Positions 8,858-18,668 of a stretch of DNA of 64,000 bases are shown in pieces (the stretch's first letter is position 1; each line of letters opens with the position of its first letter). A program made the translations under genes and the position numbers. This DNA is from a virus. Its lineage: Duplodnaviria; Heunggongvirae; Uroviricota; Caudoviricetes. The notes beneath the pieces were generated by a model, which did no database searches, was not told the origin of the DNA, and saw only the letters and a list, made by a program, of their open reading frames with translations. The stretch is taken from positions 32,001 through 96,000 of IMG/VR virus record IMGVR_UViG_3300049460_000121. One strand, written 5' to 3'.

Positions 8858-9608
8858 CCCACTGCACTCCTATCAGTTGCTGCCAGCGGGCTGACACCAT
8901 GTCCCAGTACGTACCTTCCAAGTGGTCGCCATAGGCGCCGATGGAGAACCCATCGTTCACTTCGACCAATGCGGTCTCGCCAGTTGAAAGGACACCGAAG
9001 TCAATAGCGTAGCCTGCGGGAGAACCATCGACCTTGAACTCGAAGACAGCGCGTTCGATTTCAGCGTAGTTAGGTACCAGATCCTGCGTGCCTGCATTTG
9101 CCCACCGTACAGCGCGGACACGCCCATCGACCACGTAGACTCGCCACTCGGTTAGAAACTCCACCACGTCCGATGTAAACACCGGTTGTTGGTTAGAGGT
9201 CCCATTGAAGCGGAAGTCGTCGCTGTGTTCTGCCACGAACCCGGTGAAGCACTTCCAGCCGTCTGGCTTGATGAAGAACTTCTGGCCTTGATCGAGTAGG
9301 TACTTGGCATCCTTCAACGAACGGATGTGACCTACGTTGCGATAGAGGAGGTGATTCAGGCACAACGGGTAAGGGGTGTGTTCAACCAGTTCTTTGCCAT
9401 ACGCACGCAGCGCATGCTTCATGAACATCACACCACCTACCACCAGGTCCGTGTCCTTGAACATGAAGAACCCACGAGAGACGATCTTCTCGGTAGTCAC
9501 GACAACCTGGATGCCAAGACTACGCGCCTTGCTGGCCACGAGCTCTTCCTCGACACCCAGTCGACTGTTGCGCTTTTCGAGGACTACACGCAGCGGTTGA
9601 CCCTTCAC
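8811..9608 (-). CDS. ATP-grasp protein, R2K/DUF4343 type
   Basis: FFIKP..KCFTG, EWRVYVVDG and YAIDFG...LVEVNDGFSIGAYG. Confidence 0.85.
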   Translation of the reverse strand: MKGQPLRVVLEKRNSRLGVEEELVASKARSLGIQVVVTTEKIVSRGFFMFKDTDLVVGGVMFMKHALRAYGKELVEHTPYPLCLNHLLYRNVGHIRSLKDAKYLLDQGQKFFIKPDGWKCFTGFVAEHSDDFRFNGTSNQQPVFTSDVVEFLTEWRVYVVDGRVRAVRWANAGTQDLVPNYAEIERAVFEFKVDGSPAGYAIDFGVLSTGETALVEVNDGFSIGAYGDHLEGTYWDMVSARWQQLIGVQWDGNSNSDLESPEVQV

Positions 9609-9769
9609 TTGGTTAACAGATTGAGGTAGTCAACCACAATCGGGCCTTTGAACTGGGGAGCCTGGTAATTAGGCATGCGGTCGTTCTTCAACTGCTGAGC
9701 AGTGATGATCGTGATACCGCGCATGGTCTTGCTAAGCTTACGTATCGTTTCCAACGTTTGTTGATTCAT
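9605..9769 (-). CDS. 54-aa protein missing from the ORF track, with DnaB-like motifs
   Basis: manual translation MNQQTLETIRKLSKTMRGITIITAQQLKNDRMPNYQAPQFKGPIVVDYLNLLTK; AGGAG SD; ATGA and GTGA overlaps with its neighbours. Confidence 0.75.
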   Translation of the reverse strand: MNQQTLETIRKLSKTMRGITIITAQQLKNDRMPNYQAPQFKGPIVVDYLNLLTK

Positions 9770-10422
9770 GAATGTACTCCTACCAGGGTGTCTAGGGATT
9801 GCGCCAATTCAGACCGGCCGATGTAGGCTCTAAGCGCCAAGTATTCATCGGGGTACCGTTCGGAAATGTACGACATTAGTTTTGCTTCGACTTGCTGTTG
9901 CAGATCAGGCGGGAAGTCAGCGCCACTTGGGCCAACAATGTCCAACGTGATCCAGCGCTCGACGTTACGGCTGCACGAAATGCACAGTTTGGCGTAACCG
10001 AGGGTGTAACCTTTCTCAACGGTCATCAGGTGGAGATCACCTTCAGGACCATCAAACTGCCAACAGTTGTTACGGACATCCTTCACGATTGCGTCAACCA
10101 TACGGCCACGGTCGTTCAGTTTGTCTTTGTAGACTAACATCACAGCTTCTGAGACGCGTCCTACGATGCCAAGATCGAGAAGAGCAGCCTCACACTCAAA
10201 CACCAACTCACGTTCCACCAAGAGCACTCCAAGGCGCTCATACACCTCTTCTGTCTTGTAGATCCCTTCCACCCGAATCTCTTCGAGTAAATCGCGGTAG
10301 TCGAACGGCTTAGCGACGATGTAATACTTGTACGTCAGCTTATCGTTCTCATCCTTCACTAGCACGTTGAGGATGTTCCCAAACTTTACAGTTGGGTTTT
10401 CAATTGACATCCGACCATGCAT
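9766..10422 (-). CDS. hypothetical protein, first gene of a probable early operon
   Basis: 218 aa, GGAGG SD, downstream of a promoter motif. Confidence 0.7.
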   Translation of the reverse strand: MHGRMSIENPTVKFGNILNVLVKDENDKLTYKYYIVAKPFDYRDLLEEIRVEGIYKTEEVYERLGVLLVERELVFECEAALLDLGIVGRVSEAVMLVYKDKLNDRGRMVDAIVKDVRNNCWQFDGPEGDLHLMTVEKGYTLGYAKLCISCSRNVERWITLDIVGPSGADFPPDLQQQVEAKLMSYISERYPDEYLALRAYIGRSELAQSLDTLVGVHS

Positions 10423-10546
10423 ACTTCCTCCGACTAACTCATTATCGATTCCTTTGTGGACAGTGACATAAATCGACTCCCTCCACCATCGGCAGAGGGG
10501 AGTCTTGCTACCGCTACTTCAGTACTCATGTTTGGTGTACACATGA

Positions 10547-10568
10547 GTAATGTATTACTTAAAATTTT
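10547..10568 (-). promoter_or_regulatory. putative early promoter
   Basis: minus strand AAAATTTTAAGTAATACATTAC. Confidence 0.6.
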
Positions 10569-11985
10569 ACAGAGCATCGATTTGCGGAGTACCCGAAACA
10601 GAGCCACCTTTAGCCACGAAGGCTTTGAAATCAGGATCCTCACGATCCAGGAACACTTCGATCATGGACTTACACGCCATCGCCCGGTTAGGGGTTGGGC
10701 CTGTGCCTTGTAAGACGTACTGACTCTTACAGCCGGTCAGTGTCCCACTCATGATCTTGATCTCACCACCACTGTCGTAGTAGACCTCCACAGCCATCGT
10801 AGGGATCAACAGGTCTGGGTTGGAACGTTCCCAAGGCAGCAACATGAACTGACCTTGACGACGAGCCATCTTCGACGCTTCGACGTACGGGTTAGCGCTG
10901 AAGGTTTTCTCCGACCGCTTGGCGTAGTGCGCACCATTCCCCACCACAGTCGTTGCAAACTCACTGTTGTTGGTACTTCGGTTCATGGTGTACTTGTTAC
11001 CTTCGGCTTTACCCATGCCACCGATCAGATTGTTAGCGTCCGCAAACCGAGTGGCGTTACCTTCGGTGTTGAGGATGTCCAGCGAATCATTGAACAGCTT
11101 AGGTGCACCCGCAGACCACACCGAGATGCAACGGCCATCATCAGTCCAGGTCTTGTCAATCCCGCTAGTCGCCTGAGACGGTGCCATGAAGATCTGCAAG
11201 ACCCGTTTAGCTTTGTCGAGACGCTTGGTGTCGTATAACGGCCAGGCGTAGACGAACTGCTGCTGGATGTAGAAGCCCAAACCCGAGGAGTAGATGCCAC
11301 CCTTCTCGTTTTGCAGCAAGTCAGGCAGGTCCACGTACATGGTCCCGTCTTCCAGCACGATGTGGTCGCGTGGAGCCTTGTTGCTTGCCTCCTCCATCTG
11401 GAATCCACTGATCTTGGATTCCACTGGAACCTGAATGGAATTCAAGGCATTGTTGATCAACGTCTTGAGCACCATGTAGGGAGGAGTAGCCCGTACGATC
11501 GTACCGATCGACATCTTCCGCAACTGTGTCACCGCCACTTCCTCCAAGACAAACGTCAGCGTCAACGTCTTGGAGCGGTTAGCGGTCTCACGGTCTTTGA
11601 ACTGTGGAGCGGCTGAGATCTCAGGACCTCGTGGGAGGTCGTCAGTGAGGTAAGCGGTGTAAGTCCTGGCCTCGATGGCTCCAGCCCCCTCACCGCCACT
11701 GACGCCCGTCAGGATGTGCTTCTTAATGGTGATCGTGAGGTCATCCTGAAACGGAGCGATGTCAAAGATCGCTGTACCCGATCCGTACTGCAACGTGACC
11801 GAGTGATCGTCCATGTAAGCGACTTTGTAATCACGATCCACGTCCATGCGCATCGTTTGCAGAGGGTGGAGTTGTCGACCCCCTGCGTTGACGAAGATCT
11901 CGAGTTTGTAGTACGGACTACCAGGCTTGCCAGTGATCCGTCTCAGCTCCAACCCGAGAGCCGATGACTCAACTGCGACTGCCAT
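10567..11985 (-). CDS. virion structural protein, phiKZ gp101-like (possible baseplate hub)
   Basis: size and position at the end of the gp89-gp101 structural block; LQNEKGGIYSSGLGFY segment. Confidence 0.6.
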   Translation of the reverse strand: MAVAVESSALGLELRRITGKPGSPYYKLEIFVNAGGRQLHPLQTMRMDVDRDYKVAYMDDHSVTLQYGSGTAIFDIAPFQDDLTITIKKHILTGVSGGEGAGAIEARTYTAYLTDDLPRGPEISAAPQFKDRETANRSKTLTLTFVLEEVAVTQLRKMSIGTIVRATPPYMVLKTLINNALNSIQVPVESKISGFQMEEASNKAPRDHIVLEDGTMYVDLPDLLQNEKGGIYSSGLGFYIQQQFVYAWPLYDTKRLDKAKRVLQIFMAPSQATSGIDKTWTDDGRCISVWSAGAPKLFNDSLDILNTEGNATRFADANNLIGGMGKAEGNKYTMNRSTNNSEFATTVVGNGAHYAKRSEKTFSANPYVEASKMARRQGQFMLLPWERSNPDLLIPTMAVEVYYDSGGEIKIMSGTLTGCKSQYVLQGTGPTPNRAMACKSMIEVFLDREDPDFKAFVAKGGSVSGTPQIDAL

Positions 11986-12610
11986 GTTCTAAACTCTCCA
12001 AGTAGCGTTCGATGGCATCCATCCGAGTGACGGACTTCGGTGTGGCTTCTGGTGGCGCTGTACCTTCCTCCTGATGACCCTGGTTGAGACCAAAGCTGAA
12101 CGAAGGACGAACAGGCATAGCGCTGTGCATCGAGCTGGACACCACCATGGAGTCGATGTCTTTGTTGAACTCTTTAGCCCATGGCCGAATGACCGTGGCG
12201 AACTCGGACATGTTCTTGAAGTCTTCAGGATCTGGAGCGACGTACGTGATGTTCGTCCGCATCTCGGCCAAGTGGAACTCCAGGTGGTCGACGATACGCT
12301 TGTACGCGTCAGCCGCTACCTTGTGGGTAGGGAAGCTGATGGAGGCGCCGTCTGCGAACAGATCGACGATCTCCATGATGGTCCCACCCGTCGGGATCAT
12401 CTCACCAGTCAGACGAGTCATGTCGTCGTCACTGCCGTCAGAGACGATGGAGATGTTCAGGGTCTTGTTACGAGCCCTGAAACTGACGTGGTCCAGATTG
12501 AACAGGACTTGGTAGTCCTTGTCGAACAGGAAGTACGCTGTCGACTTTGCACGGACCTTCTTAGGCGGAGCCTTATGAAAGCCAGACCGTTGGATGGGCA
12601 TCGATTGCAT
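11969..12610 (-). CDS. conserved hypothetical protein (phiKZ gp100-like)
   Basis: synteny; coupled to both neighbours. Confidence 0.55.
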   Translation of the reverse strand: MQSMPIQRSGFHKAPPKKVRAKSTAYFLFDKDYQVLFNLDHVSFRARNKTLNISIVSDGSDDDMTRLTGEMIPTGGTIMEIVDLFADGASISFPTHKVAADAYKRIVDHLEFHLAEMRTNITYVAPDPEDFKNMSEFATVIRPWAKEFNKDIDSMVVSSSMHSAMPVRPSFSFGLNQGHQEEGTAPPEATPKSVTRMDAIERYLESLEHGSRS

Positions 12611-13965
12611 CAGAGAACCCCAGGGGCTAATTTGATCAATGCCAAGATCACGGGGATGTAGTAGAAGCGTTCCAGGTTAGGAAACCGTGGAGCTTCCTCT
12701 GCCACACGCAAGAGGTCTTGGAGATCGGTGGATTCGGTATCGAGGCGGTCGTAGAGCAACCGTTCAAGGATACTCTTGTTACCGCCATCGTCGTAGAACT
12801 CATCACTGAAGATGTAGTTCTTGTCTTTGAGGACAGGATGGATCAGAGGAATCTCGCGAACACTGACCTCAGTGCCCTGCGTCAAGTCCAGGTGTGGCAG
12901 GAGGGCGTTCATGGTACCGCTACGCACGCCAGCTTCGATGAAGTCTTCCTGCCCATGCGCCAACTCAAGCTCAGAGTCAATGCTGAACGGAACGTCCCGC
13001 ATCGTCACCACTTGCTTAATGCCGCTGAAGTAGATCGAGTTCATCATCGGACGAGCACGGAAGGAATGGATGTCGCTGATTCCCCCGTAACGCGAAACGC
13101 TGGACAGCAAAGAGATGTCCATCCGCATGATTGCATCGAATAACGAGTACTGGTTAGAAAATACATCGTTCTGCACGCCGAGCTCAGTAATCTGCAACAC
13201 CAGCGGGAAGGAACGACTGTCCACGGTCGCACGAATGAAGCGCGTCATGTACGGATCGTAGGTCGGTACCAGTTGGCCAGGTACGCACAGGGTCTTGAAC
13301 TCGGTAGCGTAGAAGTCACGCAGGTACAGATGCGCCAGACGTTCGTAAGCACGACCCAGACGGCGGATGACATCCACCTCTTCTTCACGGATCAGGCATT
13401 GAATGCCGTTGCGCATGTTCTCACGGTCGAAGATGAAGGTGGCTACCGTCTTCTTCTTGAGACCGGCCATGACTTCGGCAGTGATATTGCGCGTGGCGCG
13501 GTAACTGATCTCTGTCCCGGATTCAGGATAGATGGTGTTACGTTTGGCTTCAGTCACCTGGAACAGTGCAGACGTCCCATTACCGATGTCGGCAATAAAG
13601 ATGTCACCCAAGTTCGGTGTCATCGGACTGTAGACCATGGAAGAGCCCGTAGACTCCCAACCACGACTGTCCTCAGCGTTCTGGCTGTGGGACAGTGGTT
13701 GTGTCACCACCAATTCCCAACCACGGATCAGGTGTAGTTGTTGCAAGGCCGCCAGCAAGTCATCCTGATAGGACGCTGCTGCGTTATCGCGCAGTTGGAC
13801 CTGGTTGTAGAAGTCAACAACCATGCGTTGGCCAGATGGGAACAAGGCCAGGGTGTCGTAACTCACCTTGCGGGTATCAACCACTGGCGATTGGTAGGTC
13901 TCTTCGTGCTTCTTGAGGTTCGGTACATCGGGCGCTTTGGCCACAGGTACTGTTGGAAGTGGCAT
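12610..13965 (-). CDS. virion structural protein (phiKZ gp99-like)
   Basis: start at MPLPTV after GGAG; PNLGDIFIADIGNG and ERFYYIPVIL motifs; synteny. Confidence 0.6.
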   Translation of the reverse strand: MPLPTVPVAKAPDVPNLKKHEETYQSPVVDTRKVSYDTLALFPSGQRMVVDFYNQVQLRDNAAASYQDDLLAALQQLHLIRGWELVVTQPLSHSQNAEDSRGWESTGSSMVYSPMTPNLGDIFIADIGNGTSALFQVTEAKRNTIYPESGTEISYRATRNITAEVMAGLKKKTVATFIFDRENMRNGIQCLIREEEVDVIRRLGRAYERLAHLYLRDFYATEFKTLCVPGQLVPTYDPYMTRFIRATVDSRSFPLVLQITELGVQNDVFSNQYSLFDAIMRMDISLLSSVSRYGGISDIHSFRARPMMNSIYFSGIKQVVTMRDVPFSIDSELELAHGQEDFIEAGVRSGTMNALLPHLDLTQGTEVSVREIPLIHPVLKDKNYIFSDEFYDDGGNKSILERLLYDRLDTESTDLQDLLRVAEEAPRFPNLERFYYIPVILALIKLAPGVL

Positions 13966-14097
13966 AACTGACTCCAAGTTAGCCATCCCAATGGATATAC
14001 CGAGCGATATACCCACTGAGACGCTCTGTAATGACGCACACAGCACGTTCTCTATAAAGACAAACGCATGTATACCTTTCGGCTAACAGCGCTGGTA

Positions 14098-15990
14098 TCA
14101 GCGCAGGGCCATGATGGAGAGGAACTGCACGTAATGAGGTCCACCGTTGGTACGGCTACGCACTCCTGGATCGGTGATGTCAACCCAACCAGGAGGATGA
14201 GGACCTACGCCACTACCGTCATTAGGCCAACCGCCATTGCCGGTGTTACCGCCTGGACGTGTATCGACCCAGTTACCGTCTTCGTCCCAATAGCCTGGAC
14301 TACCCCCGCCACCAGAACCATCCGGATTGCTGATCCCGCCATCGGACATATTCACTCGCCAGTTGCTACCGGTGTACAGACTCGGGTCACGAGGACCGTA
14401 CTGTTTAACCGCCGAGGCAAACTGCCCGCCCGCATTTCTCCCTACACCCGACAGACCACCCCGCCATCGATTGTCAATACCGCCTGGACCTTCGTAGCGA
14501 TGTCCACCCTGGTTAAACATGCCGTAACCATGAGCCATGATGAACTGGAAGAACCAGACCAGGTAGTTGGTCACGATGAACTTGCCATCGATCAACCGAC
14601 GCACTGCCCATTCGACGTCCAATGGAGGTACGACTGTTTGGAACAGCAGTAACGTCGCGATTGGGTTGGTCTTCATGTCCATGATGGCATCAGGCACGAA
14701 CAGACTGTAGTTGGTCACGAACGACATGCGCAGGTGATAGGTCCGACGCAAGTCCAGAGGCTTGGTGGTTCGAACACGCAGGTGCTCATCGATCACCAGG
14801 ATCTCTTGCGCCATGGCGGTGTCGTCACAGAACAGCGTGAACAACACCGGAGACTGACCTTTGACGGTAAGCTTCTGTGGAGCCTGTCTGAACAGCGTGT
14901 CGATTTCCTGGATGAACGTCATGTCTGGTAAGGCAGACAGGTCCAGGATGTCTTGTGGGTCGGTAGGATCGAGTACAATCATCCAGCTGATGATTGGAAT
15001 CGAGTAGACCGGTTGTGCGCTCTTCGGTGGAATCCATTCGTCGTAGTACGGCACACGCAAACCGCCCGTCGGAGCAGGATAGTAGTTCACCCACTCATTC
15101 ATGGTGTCGAGCGCCTTGATCCCGATCGATCCATTCTTGTCGAGTTCTTCTACAGAGAACTTGGCAGTCGAATCGAAGAAGTCAGCACCGACGTGTTGTT
15201 GATGGACGACCAACGGGTAAGCGAAGTACAGATGAGTGCAGCGATCGTATTGCAGCTGATAGCTGAATTCGATTTCCCACGTCGAGTTACCGGCCATCTT
15301 CCGTTCCTTCGGGATGTCGGTGAAGTCGAAGTAACCGGTGATTGCTACCTGCTTCTGTTTGACCATCATGTTCAATGTGTCTTGACGACCATCGACAGTA
15401 CCGATCAAGTGGAACGGTACACACTGGCAGGACTTGAACCACTCGGCGAACGTTTCACCGTAACCGGCAATCCCTTCCCGCAGTTCGTGGATGTGAGCCA
15501 ACGTCCCGAGCGTGCCATCAGCAATCGGGATGTCGTATTCGATCTCATGGGTGATGGACGTGCGGTTCTGCTTACGCTTGACCGCCATCTCGTCACGCCA
15601 ACGAATAGCTTCCTGTCTGGTAGCACAGGTGTACTTGAATGACAACACCAGGTCCGAAGTGACGAACACTGGACGGAGCGACAGACCCAGACGACGATCC
15701 TCGTAGAACGGAGGTTGTTCGTTGTCCATGACACTGCCAGTCAACATCGAGTCATTCTTGATGCTGTCATCAGCCACCACCACAAGGCGGCGGTCAGACG
15801 ACCAACGGATCTCTTGAGTTTCTCCGAGGGCGGTACCAGGCTGGTTGACTTGTTCAAACTCACCGGGCATGTACAGGGGAGTCTTCTGGTCAATATCGCA
15901 GATGCGCATTACATCGCGCGCAATCGACATGGCCACAGGACGTGTGATGTTTTCGTAATTGGTCGTTAAACCCAACGTGATCCGGGGCAT
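14098..15990 (-). CDS. virion structural protein (phiKZ gp98-like) with a Gly-rich C-terminal segment
   Basis: start MPRITL after AAGGA; YPLVVHQQ motif; synteny. Confidence 0.6.
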   Translation of the reverse strand: MPRITLGLTTNYENITRPVAMSIARDVMRICDIDQKTPLYMPGEFEQVNQPGTALGETQEIRWSSDRRLVVVADDSIKNDSMLTGSVMDNEQPPFYEDRRLGLSLRPVFVTSDLVLSFKYTCATRQEAIRWRDEMAVKRKQNRTSITHEIEYDIPIADGTLGTLAHIHELREGIAGYGETFAEWFKSCQCVPFHLIGTVDGRQDTLNMMVKQKQVAITGYFDFTDIPKERKMAGNSTWEIEFSYQLQYDRCTHLYFAYPLVVHQQHVGADFFDSTAKFSVEELDKNGSIGIKALDTMNEWVNYYPAPTGGLRVPYYDEWIPPKSAQPVYSIPIISWMIVLDPTDPQDILDLSALPDMTFIQEIDTLFRQAPQKLTVKGQSPVLFTLFCDDTAMAQEILVIDEHLRVRTTKPLDLRRTYHLRMSFVTNYSLFVPDAIMDMKTNPIATLLLFQTVVPPLDVEWAVRRLIDGKFIVTNYLVWFFQFIMAHGYGMFNQGGHRYEGPGGIDNRWRGGLSGVGRNAGGQFASAVKQYGPRDPSLYTGSNWRVNMSDGGISNPDGSGGGGSPGYWDEDGNWVDTRPGGNTGNGGWPNDGSGVGPHPPGWVDITDPGVRSRTNGGPHYVQFLSIMALR

Positions 15991-16021
15991 GGATAATTGT
16001 CCTTGGTAGAAACGATACACA

Positions 16022-16053
16022 GCATAAAACGGAGGCGGGCAACCCACCTCCGT
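16022..16053 (-). terminator. hairpin followed by TTTTATGC
   Basis: ACGGAGG..CCTCCGT stem after the stop of 16067..17395. Confidence 0.65.
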
Positions 16054-16066
16054 CTCATGGGCGTTA

Positions 16067-17395
16067 TCAGTCTTGGATGACCGATTCTTCAGCCAAGGTC
16101 AACACGCTGGAAGCAGCGTACAGAGTACGGGCAACCAGAACGTTGATGGTCCAAGACAAGCCGTTGATGACTTCAACGATCTCGTACTCGGTTTCCATGA
16201 CACGGCCGATGGTGCTGGTGGTTTCAGTCACGGTGGTGTAAGACGGACGACCGTCAGCATCAACGGTTTGTTGTTGCATCTCGCGATCGATCTGATACTT
16301 CGAACCGACACGCTCAACAGCGGTTTCAGCCGCCTTCAGAACGCGCATGGATTCTTTCTCGATACCACGGATGGTAGCAACGGCGCTGTCCAACAGCACG
16401 TCGATAGCATCCAGGTACGCAGACACCTGTTCTGGAGTCAGAGACTTCAGAGGCACAGCGTTCTTGGCCACCATGTCAGCGCTTGGCGAGGTGTCACGGA
16501 AAGTGACGATCATGTAATCGCCGTCATCTGGTTCGGTCATCAGCGACTTATTGCCCAGCAAGTGGGCAGGTTGCAACTTGATCGCCGCTTCCAGCTGTTC
16601 CAACACCTTGCCGAGGTCAGCACGGAACATGGCCGATGCAGGACGGTCAGTGCCCAGCAGTTGATCCAGACGGCTCGACAGGATGGACTCGATACCACCT
16701 TGAGCGCCCAGCAGGATTTGAGCCAGCTGAGTGTTCAGGGAAGCTTCGGATGCCATGGCTGCCAATGGATCAGTTGCGAAGCCATCACCTTGTACCAGGC
16801 CCGCTGCGTACTTGCCGAGTTTCAGTTCCTTGCCACCAGACCCTTTGCGGGAACCGATGCGAGCACGGATGCTGTTCAGGCGTTTGCGCAGACGCTCAAC
16901 GGTTACGAACAGGCGCCGCCACCACAGAGCGATGCGAGCAAAGAAGTTCTTCACCGACGCTTTGAAGGAAGAGGCTGCCTGACCAACCCAATCGCGCAGG
17001 GAGTCGATGGACTCCAAGGAGATCTGACCGTTGAGCTCCTGGTTCAGACGAGGAACTTCCACATCCAGGATACGTCGGATGGATTCGAGCGAAGCGTTGG
17101 CGATTGGCACGAAAGCGTCAGCCGATACTGCGTCAACAGCCGGAGCTGCATCAACGATCGACATGACAGCGCCCACGCCGCTGTTGATGGCGTCGGAACC
17201 AACGGCCGGTGCGTCAGCTTCGATCAGGCACTGAAGCTCTTCGTCGACTTCGTTGCGGTCTTCACGGATCTCGAGGATGGTTTCAGAGTCCATCGGAAGA
17301 TCGTTGGAGAGTTCGGTAGGAGCGGCCACCACTGCCGATTCAAAGCTGGCACTGCCCGCCATGAAAGATTTGAAGTCTGCTGCAAGTTTAGACAT
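16067..17395 (-). CDS. internal head protein (paralog family)
   Basis: SFES and two SLES sites; FFARIALWWRRLF helix. Confidence 0.7.
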   Translation of the reverse strand: MSKLAADFKSFMAGSASFESAVVAAPTELSNDLPMDSETILEIREDRNEVDEELQCLIEADAPAVGSDAINSGVGAVMSIVDAAPAVDAVSADAFVPIANASLESIRRILDVEVPRLNQELNGQISLESIDSLRDWVGQAASSFKASVKNFFARIALWWRRLFVTVERLRKRLNSIRARIGSRKGSGGKELKLGKYAAGLVQGDGFATDPLAAMASEASLNTQLAQILLGAQGGIESILSSRLDQLLGTDRPASAMFRADLGKVLEQLEAAIKLQPAHLLGNKSLMTEPDDGDYMIVTFRDTSPSADMVAKNAVPLKSLTPEQVSAYLDAIDVLLDSAVATIRGIEKESMRVLKAAETAVERVGSKYQIDREMQQQTVDADGRPSYTTVTETTSTIGRVMETEYEIVEVINGLSWTINVLVARTLYAASSVLTLAEESVIQD

Positions 17396-17399
17396 GGGA

Positions 17400-18581
17400 T
17401 TACCTTTGAGCTTTCAATGAAGAATGGCAGTAGTGAAGGACCGCCTTACATACCGAGATTGCATCGTTGCCCAGAGGGCGACTGATGTTTGTTGTCCAGT
17501 ACATCAACGCGTTGACCGTCTTACGAATGTAATCGCGATCACCTGCGCTCATCGCACCGTCTGAAGCAATGCGCATGCTGAAGTTTTCAGCCACGCTCTT
17601 CGCACGCTTGATCTTAGCGAGCGTTGTACTGTTACTTGCCCGACTGATTGCACCCAGGATCTCGACCAGGATCTCTGGCATCTTGACGATGTCGAGAGGA
17701 CCCAAGGTATCGAAGTCGCGTTGTGCGGCGTAGGTGAATTGCTCAATCGTGGAATCCGAATACACGAACCCATGGAAGCGCAACCCCACCGTACCCTTAT
17801 CACGCAAGTCCGATTGGAACAGGTACACCGTCTTACCGCCGATCAGCGGTGAAGTGCCCTGCACACCGTCGCGCCTGAAACGTTCGCGGGGAACAGGCTT
17901 CATGTTCAGTCGATTAGCGAGCCGTTGGAAGGGAATGGTTTCGACGATGTCAATACAAGCCGTCTTCTTATCCTCACCCGTCACCACGGTTGGCATCTTG
18001 TCCAAAGCACGCAACACGTCATTAGGCAGGTCGCCGAATGTCACGTTACATACGTTCAACAAAATCCGCAGTTCGTGTTCCATACGGATCGAGTCGGACA
18101 TGTAGTTGTGTCCGCGACGCAGATAACGGTGCAGACGGTTCAGGGTAACGAAGGGTTTATCCACCGTACGACCCCGAGCAGCAATGGCAGCCTTCTGCAT
18201 CATGAAAGCACGACGACGCAGGATGGTCACCATGATGTCGATCTCCGACATCCACTGCATGAAGCGTTTGAAGAACTCAGCGATTGCTCGACCGATAGCC
18301 TTGGCCACAGAGACCAACGCGTTCTCACTGGCTTCGAAACTCATGTCCACACTTTCAAGACTGATGTCCGTGCCTTCAACCGCCAGACGATAGACGTCAG
18401 TGGAAGCTTCACGGAACTCATGGTCTGTCATGTCTGGTTTAGCCAACACGAGGTGGGACAGAGCGTCGTGGGTGTCCAGCAAACGGACCACTGCCTCGAA
18501 ACTCTCGTCAACCAACCGGTCGTGTTCTCGTAACACGTCTACCGACTCATCGTCGTCGATAGTTTCAAGTTCTGACTCCAT
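17400..18581 (-). CDS. internal head protein (paralog family)
   Basis: SFE, SLES and SFEASE sites, then AIAEFFKRFMQW helix. Confidence 0.7.
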   Translation of the reverse strand: MESELETIDDDESVDVLREHDRLVDESFEAVVRLLDTHDALSHLVLAKPDMTDHEFREASTDVYRLAVEGTDISLESVDMSFEASENALVSVAKAIGRAIAEFFKRFMQWMSEIDIMVTILRRRAFMMQKAAIAARGRTVDKPFVTLNRLHRYLRRGHNYMSDSIRMEHELRILLNVCNVTFGDLPNDVLRALDKMPTVVTGEDKKTACIDIVETIPFQRLANRLNMKPVPRERFRRDGVQGTSPLIGGKTVYLFQSDLRDKGTVGLRFHGFVYSDSTIEQFTYAAQRDFDTLGPLDIVKMPEILVEILGAISRASNSTTLAKIKRAKSVAENFSMRIASDGAMSAGDRDYIRKTVNALMYWTTNISRPLGNDAISVCKAVLHYCHSSLKAQR

Positions 18582-18623
18582 ATCCTCACCACTGGTAGGT
18601 TAAGCTATATGATTCAGGAAACA

Positions 18624-18648
18624 GCATAAAGGAGGACCGAAGTCCTCC
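18624..18648 (-). terminator. cUUCGg hairpin followed by TTTATGC
   Basis: minus strand GGAGGAC-TTCG-GTCCTCC-TTTATGCTG. Confidence 0.75.
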
Positions 18649-18668
18649 CCTACACTAATTGCCGTACA

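Noticed and set aside
1807-9608. RiPP (graspetide) biosynthetic cluster
   Set aside because: No repeat-containing precursor peptide or transporter identified
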